From Verrucomicrobiota bacterium (GTDB lineage: Bacteria; Verrucomicrobiota; Verrucomicrobiia; Chthoniobacterales; UBA6821), in assembly GCA_008932965.1 (NCBI GenBank), contig WBXG01000012.1, positions 3,611-35,610 on the forward strand: DNA of 32,000 nt. The letters are read 5' to 3'. A program made the translations under genes and the position numbers. Of the stretch, positions 27,619-32,000 are shown one piece after another (position 1 is the first letter of the stretch; each line of letters starts with the position of its first letter). The notes under the pieces are model-generated. The model was given only the letters and a program-made list of their open reading frames with translations. It was not told the origin of the DNA and did not search any database.

Positions 27619-30600
27619 CTAGTCCGGATGTTTCGGAGTAACACTATTTTTCTTACGTTCTGCGAAACGCTCTAAAACCACAAAGAAAGAGGGAACCAAA
27701 ACGACTGCCAAACAGGTTGAAGCTAGCATTCCTGAAGCAACAGCAATACCGAGTGATTTCCGAGCATTGGCACCTGCACCGGAGGCAAAGACAAGGGGCA
27801 TCACTCCAACAATAAAGGTGATGGAGGTCATTAAAATCGGACGAAAGCGATTAATAGCAGCCATCGATGCAGCCTCGATGATTGCGTGGCCTGCAGCACG
27901 ATACTCACGAGCCATTTCTACTACAAGAATGGCATTTTTCGCAGAGAGTGCAATAAGAAGGACAAGACCAATTTGGACGTAAATATTATTGGCTAATCCT
28001 ATTCCTCCTAATGCTACGACTGTTCCAAGTAAGGCGAGAGGAACGGCTAAAATAACAGCAACAGGGGTAATCCAACTTTCATACTGACCTGCAAGAACCA
28101 AATAAACCAAAAGAAGAGCAAGCCCAAAAACAAGATAGGTGGAGGCTCCTGCAAGTTTTTCTTGATAGGACATCGCAGTCCAGGAGGTTTTAGCACCAGA
28201 AATCAATTCTTCATCAGCAATCTTTTGTAACTCTTCTAATGCTTGTCCTGAACTCGTTCCATGAGAGGGAACTCCAATAATAGATGCAGAGGGGTAAATA
28301 TCGTAGAGCGTTATTGTCGAAGGTCCAAAGGAGTGATCAATTTTTACTAGTGAGCCAAGAGGCACCATGGAATTTGTCTGGCCACTTGTCTGACCATTTT
28401 TCTGACTGCTTGTCTGACCATGCACATAAAATTTCTTCATTGTATCTGGGTTGGCTCGAAAGCTTGTATCTGCTTGGGCAAAGACATCAAAGGTATGCCC
28501 GTATTGATTATACTGATTGACATAGGTCGAACCAAGGTAGGTTTGCAGAGAATTGAAAATATCACCAACACTCACCCCATAGGTAGCTGCCTCACGACGA
28601 TCAATAGTAAGATGACGCTGCGGAATATTGGCCAAAAAGCTCGAGCTGACGTTTTCCAGCATTGGATCCTTGTTTGCTCGGGCTGTGATTTTTTCAACTG
28701 CCTTTTGTAATTTTTCATAATTAAAAGAATTATCAATAAGACTCACCTGCATTTGAAAACCTTCTGAAAAACCGAGACCCTGAATAGGTGGCGGAATAAT
28801 CACCGTTGAACGGGCTTCAAGATGACTATCAGCAATTTTTTTTATATCCTCATAGACCATCTTAAGATCTCCTCGGGGGCCACGTTTTCCCCAATCTTTT
28901 AAAATAATATAAACAATACCATCATTAGAATCGAAGGGTGGAATTCCCCCCACAATGAGAGTGCTTTTGACAGCCTCACATTTACGTATCTCCTCTGCCA
29001 TGGTCTTGACAACAGCTTTTGTTCTTCCTTGGGCGATCGCTTTAGGGAGATTTGAAATAACCATTAAGTACCCTTGATCCTCACTTGGAAGGAAACCAGT
29101 AGGGATTTTTGTAAAACCCCAGCCTGCAAGAGATGCTAGCAACAATCCAATAATTGTTACTTGCAGACTATGGCTCACTAAAAATCCAATAGCACGCTCA
29201 TACCACTTTTCCAGAGGATGATAAATGGCATTAAAAGCTCGAAAAAAAACATTCAGCGTCGCCTTGGGATCTCTTTTTTTTAGCCAAAGTGCACATTGGG
29301 TTGGTTTGAGAGTCATGGCATTGATGGCGCTAATGAGAGCAGTACTTGCAATCACGAGTGCAAATTGACAGTACATTTGTCCAATCATCCCCGGCATGAA
29401 AGCTGCAGGAAGGAACACAGACATTAAGACAAGAGTAATTCCAATAATAGGACCAAAGAGACTATTCATGGCCTTAATTGCTGCATCGTGCGGTGTTACT
29501 CCTTTTTCGAGATGCTGCACCACCCCTTCAACAATCACAATGGCATCATCAACAACAATGCCAATAGAGAGGACGATGGCGAAGAGTGACATGGTATTAA
29601 CAGTGAAGCCCAAAAGTGCCATCGCTCCAAAGGCACCAATAATAGTCACAGGAACAGTTGTTGCAGGAACAAGCGAGGCCCTCCAATCTTGTAAAAAAAC
29701 GACAATGACAATAAGGACTAAAATTCCAGCTTCAAACAGTGTCATGTAAACTTCATTCACCGATTCCTTCACGATAATCGTAGAATCAAAAGGAATATCG
29801 TAAGCAAGATCTTTGGGGAAATCTTTTGCCAGCTCTTCCATTTTTTGCCTGACTCCCTTTGCTGTATTGATGGCGTTAGATCCTGGTAATTGGTAGATAG
29901 CAAGTCCACCAGCAGGCTTTCCATTAGCTTCAAAAAATTGGTTGTAGGCTTGAGAACCCAACTCAACACGAGCAACATCTTTGAGCCGTGTGATTTTCCC
30001 CCCACCGGAAGTACTAGATTTCACAATGATCTCTTCAAATTCAGAAACCTTGTTGAGCGATCCATTGGCGGTGATTGAAAGTTGAAAATCTTGGCCTTGT
30101 TCGGCAGGTGGGGATCCAAACTGGCCAGCTGCTAATTCAACATTTTGCTGGGTCAGTGCATTAATCACATCTTCAGGAACCAACGAGCGCTGCTGCATCA
30201 GGTCCGGATTAAGCCAGATGCGCATGGAATATTGCCCTATGCCAAGGACATTAATATTAGCAACGCCTGGAAGACGAATCAGTTCATTTTGCAAACTGAT
30301 AGTGGCATAGTTATTAAGAAAGAGGGCATCATACTTTTCTGTGGGAGAGGTTATCGTGATAAGCTGCAATACCGAGGTGGAGGTTTTTTTTGTCACCACT
30401 CCTTGTGTTTGCACAGGGCTAGGAAGCTGAGCTAGAGCTGCAGAGACTCGATTCTCCACAAGAATTTGAGCCATGTCAGGATCCATTCCTATTTGAAATG
30501 TCACAGTCAAAATGTATGTTCCCGTGCTTGTTGAAGTTGAGGACATGTAGAGCATTCCTTGGACTCCATTGACCTGTTGTTCAATAGGAAGTGCTACTTT

Positions 30601-30780
30601 TTTTATCAACGTTTCTGCCGTAGCCCCCGGATAATAAGCAGTAACCTGAACTGTTGGTGGAGTAATCGGCGGATACTGGGTGATCGGCAAATTGATAATG
30701 GCTACGGTCCCCAATAGCATTGTTACAAGCGCTATAACGTTGGAGAGGACAGGTCTCTCAATAAAAAATTTCGAAAGCAT
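27619..30780 (-). CDS. AcrB/HAE1-type RND efflux permease
   Basis: 1053 aa with the canonical start MLSKFFIERPV, 12-TM architecture and two large periplasmic loops, plus a conserved TM4 region (IGIVVDDAIVIVE). Confidence 0.9.
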   Translation of the reverse strand: MLSKFFIERPVLSNVIALVTMLLGTVAIINLPITQYPPITPPTVQVTAYYPGATAETLIKKVALPIEQQVNGVQGMLYMSSTSTSTGTYILTVTFQIGMDPDMAQILVENRVSAALAQLPSPVQTQGVVTKKTSTSVLQLITITSPTEKYDALFLNNYATISLQNELIRLPGVANINVLGIGQYSMRIWLNPDLMQQRSLVPEDVINALTQQNVELAAGQFGSPPAEQGQDFQLSITANGSLNKVSEFEEIIVKSSTSGGGKITRLKDVARVELGSQAYNQFFEANGKPAGGLAIYQLPGSNAINTAKGVRQKMEELAKDFPKDLAYDIPFDSTIIVKESVNEVYMTLFEAGILVLIVIVVFLQDWRASLVPATTVPVTIIGAFGAMALLGFTVNTMSLFAIVLSIGIVVDDAIVIVEGVVQHLEKGVTPHDAAIKAMNSLFGPIIGITLVLMSVFLPAAFMPGMIGQMYCQFALVIASTALISAINAMTLKPTQCALWLKKRDPKATLNVFFRAFNAIYHPLEKWYERAIGFLVSHSLQVTIIGLLLASLAGWGFTKIPTGFLPSEDQGYLMVISNLPKAIAQGRTKAVVKTMAEEIRKCEAVKSTLIVGGIPPFDSNDGIVYIILKDWGKRGPRGDLKMVYEDIKKIADSHLEARSTVIIPPPIQGLGFSEGFQMQVSLIDNSFNYEKLQKAVEKITARANKDPMLENVSSSFLANIPQRHLTIDRREAATYGVSVGDIFNSLQTYLGSTYVNQYNQYGHTFDVFAQADTSFRANPDTMKKFYVHGQTSSQKNGQTSGQTNSMVPLGSLVKIDHSFGPSTITLYDIYPSASIIGVPSHGTSSGQALEELQKIADEELISGAKTSWTAMSYQEKLAGASTYLVFGLALLLVYLVLAGQYESWITPVAVILAVPLALLGTVVALGGIGLANNIYVQIGLVLLIALSAKNAILVVEMAREYRAAGHAIIEAASMAAINRFRPILMTSITFIVGVMPLVFASGAGANARKSLGIAVASGMLASTCLAVVLVPSFFVVLERFAERKKNSVTPKHPD
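28372..28419 (-). repeat. Four imperfect in-frame 12-nt tandem repeats inside the RND gene
   Basis: On the plus strand the units are atttgtctggcc, acttgtctgacc, atttttctgact and gcttgtctgacc. They encode GQTS-SQKN-GQTS-GQTN in the protein. Confidence 0.8.
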
Positions 30781-30814
30781 GGTTTTTAAAAGCGTGACAA
30801 GAAATAATAGTTAA

Positions 30815-30956
30815 CTCGAACATTTCATATTGAAGTGTCATGAAGCACCATGCAAAGCTTATTAGCGCATCTTGGACGAGCATTTTAAGGCTGGGCGAAC
30901 GTAGTATCTACCCTTGCTTCGCGGCTTACGCAGGTGATCGGTATGAAATATGCGGG
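30815..30956 (+). mobile_element. MITE-like repeat, copy C (142 bp, short variant)
   Basis: Flanked by TTAA at 30811-30814 and 30957-30960. The left end CTCGAACATTTCATATTGAAGTGTCATGAAGCACCATGCAAAGCTTATTAG is homologous to copies A, B and E. The right end CGCAGGTGATCGGTATGAAATATGCGGG is homologous to copy D. Confidence 0.8.
30827..30855 (-). promoter_or_regulatory. Candidate outward promoter in copy C, facing the RND pump gene
   Basis: On the minus strand: TTGCAT-N17-CAATAT, with the -10 element about 46 nt upstream of the pump ATG. The -10 matches the consensus at only 3/6. Motif-level only. Confidence 0.2.
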
Positions 30957-31022
30957 TTAAGTGTGTAAATAGTGAAAAAAAGTGTATCTTCATCGGTCTT
31001 TTCATTTTAAATTCTTACATTC

Positions 31023-31547
31023 ATGATCTCCTCTGACGATTTTACTTATGCACTTGAAAACACCCGTGTCGTTGTTGAGCCGCGACATGCTATTGAAACG
31101 TTTGGTCATACGAGTTTTCAATTTCATCTTGTAACAGAACCGATGGACGAAGTTGGCACTGTACGCGTACGAGCTGGAAGGATTCATGCAGAACGCCCTC
31201 GCATCATGGCCCCTCAATACATGCATCAATTTCTGCTCGAGGGATTCGGAGAACAGGCTGAGGAGATGATAGAGCTTTTTCGAAAATATCCGGAGCACTT
31301 AAAAATATTGCGCTATGGTTTTGTTTTTAAAAAAACCGATATATCTGAACAATGCCTTAGGCAGCCTAAAGAGGATGTAATTAGTCGCCTCCAAGATGAA
31401 ATCAGCAAGGGTGATGATCAAACCGCAACACTCATTGAAGGTATCGATGAAGCCTGGGAAGCATGTCTTATTAAATTCACCATGGATTTAATCCAGCGTT
31501 CGGCTGGTGAGAATGTAGGGGAGTGGAAAAAGAGAGGCTTTATTTAG
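31023..31547 (+). CDS. Hypothetical protein, 174 aa
   Basis: Clean ORF with an ATG start and coding-like composition. No motif recognised. Confidence 0.55.
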   Translation: MISSDDFTYALENTRVVVEPRHAIETFGHTSFQFHLVTEPMDEVGTVRVRAGRIHAERPRIMAPQYMHQFLLEGFGEQAEEMIELFRKYPEHLKILRYGFVFKKTDISEQCLRQPKEDVISRLQDEISKGDDQTATLIEGIDEAWEACLIKFTMDLIQRSAGENVGEWKKRGFI

Positions 31548-31727
31548 AGCATGTTCCAAAATGCCTAAAATCAGGCATTGAGGCATCACTTCGGGGCTCC
31601 TTGCGCTGCATCAATTTTAGACACTTTTGTCCAAACCCTCTATTTTTACAACAGTGCTTTTTCCAATATTGTCTATTCCAAGGAACCATTGTATCGTTTC
31701 CTACTAAATTTTAGCTTCTTAAAACCT

Positions 31728-32000
31728 ATGCGCTCTTCAAAAATACTTATTCTTCTTATCATTGGATTACTTGTCTTTGGCTCTGTAGGCATTTTTGGTT
31801 ATGTGCTTTTTATCAAGCCATACACCAATCACACTGCTTTTAGTTTTTTCAAAAAAAGAACTTCCGGCACTTCAAAAGCCACTATCACCGATCCTTCTCA
31901 AGCTGGTTTTCAAGCAGCTGTTGAACTTCAAAATGCAGGAAAACTTCTAGAAGCCCAAGCAGCATGGCTCACGTGGCTTGCCAATTATCCCAATACACCA
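31728..32000 (+). CDS. Membrane-anchored protein, possibly TPR-like; 3' end beyond the window
   Basis: I translated this by hand from the ATG at 31728: MRSSKILILLIIGLLVFGSVGIFGYVLFIKP... then AAVELQNAGKLLEAQAAWLTWLANYPNTP. The frame stays open to the window end, which is why it is absent from the ORF track. Confidence 0.5.
   Translation, partial: MRSSKILILLIIGLLVFGSVGIFGYVLFIKPYTNHTAFSFFKKRTSGTSKATITDPSQAGFQAAVELQNAGKLLEAQAAWLTWLANYPNTP

Overview
This window reads as a core-chromosome segment of a diderm, LPS-making bacterium. My lineage guess is a PVC-type group such as Verrucomicrobiota. That rests only on gene content (fused lpxC-fabZ, FGE-like motif) and is unverified. By eye the sequence is moderately AT-rich. 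About 26 protein genes are supported: rnhB-yraN, a 788-aa orphan coiled-coil protein, recD2, an outer-membrane biogenesis block (mlaE-mlaF-mlaD, lptE-like, bamD-like), a decayed acyltransferase, tRNA-Val and tRNA-Cys, a copA-ADH pair, comEC, a lipoprotein, lpxC/fabZ-lpxA, an RluA-family synthase, mutS, thiG, a PIG-L deacetylase, rmuC, an orphan amino-acid binding protein, an orphan AcrB-type RND pump, and two hypotheticals. I found no convincing novel multi-gene system: no CRISPR, prophage, integrase, toxin-antitoxin pair, defence island or biosynthetic cluster. The most unusual signal is non-coding. A family of MITE-like elements of about 142-178 bp has terminal inverted repeats with consensus TTAR-CCCGRATATTTCATACTGA. 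There are four full copies, one half copy and two isolated end-like fragments, all in the same orientation. The copies sit exactly on gene boundaries. They regenerate stop codons, supply the last codons of comEC and of the RND pump, embed the rmuC start codon, and place a weak outward promoter-like motif just upstream of both copA and the RND pump. One copy lies inside a larger composite repeat upstream of comEC (28-bp perfect direct repeat plus 20-bp perfect long-range inverted repeat). All functional calls come from motif recognition in the supplied translations; no database search was possible.
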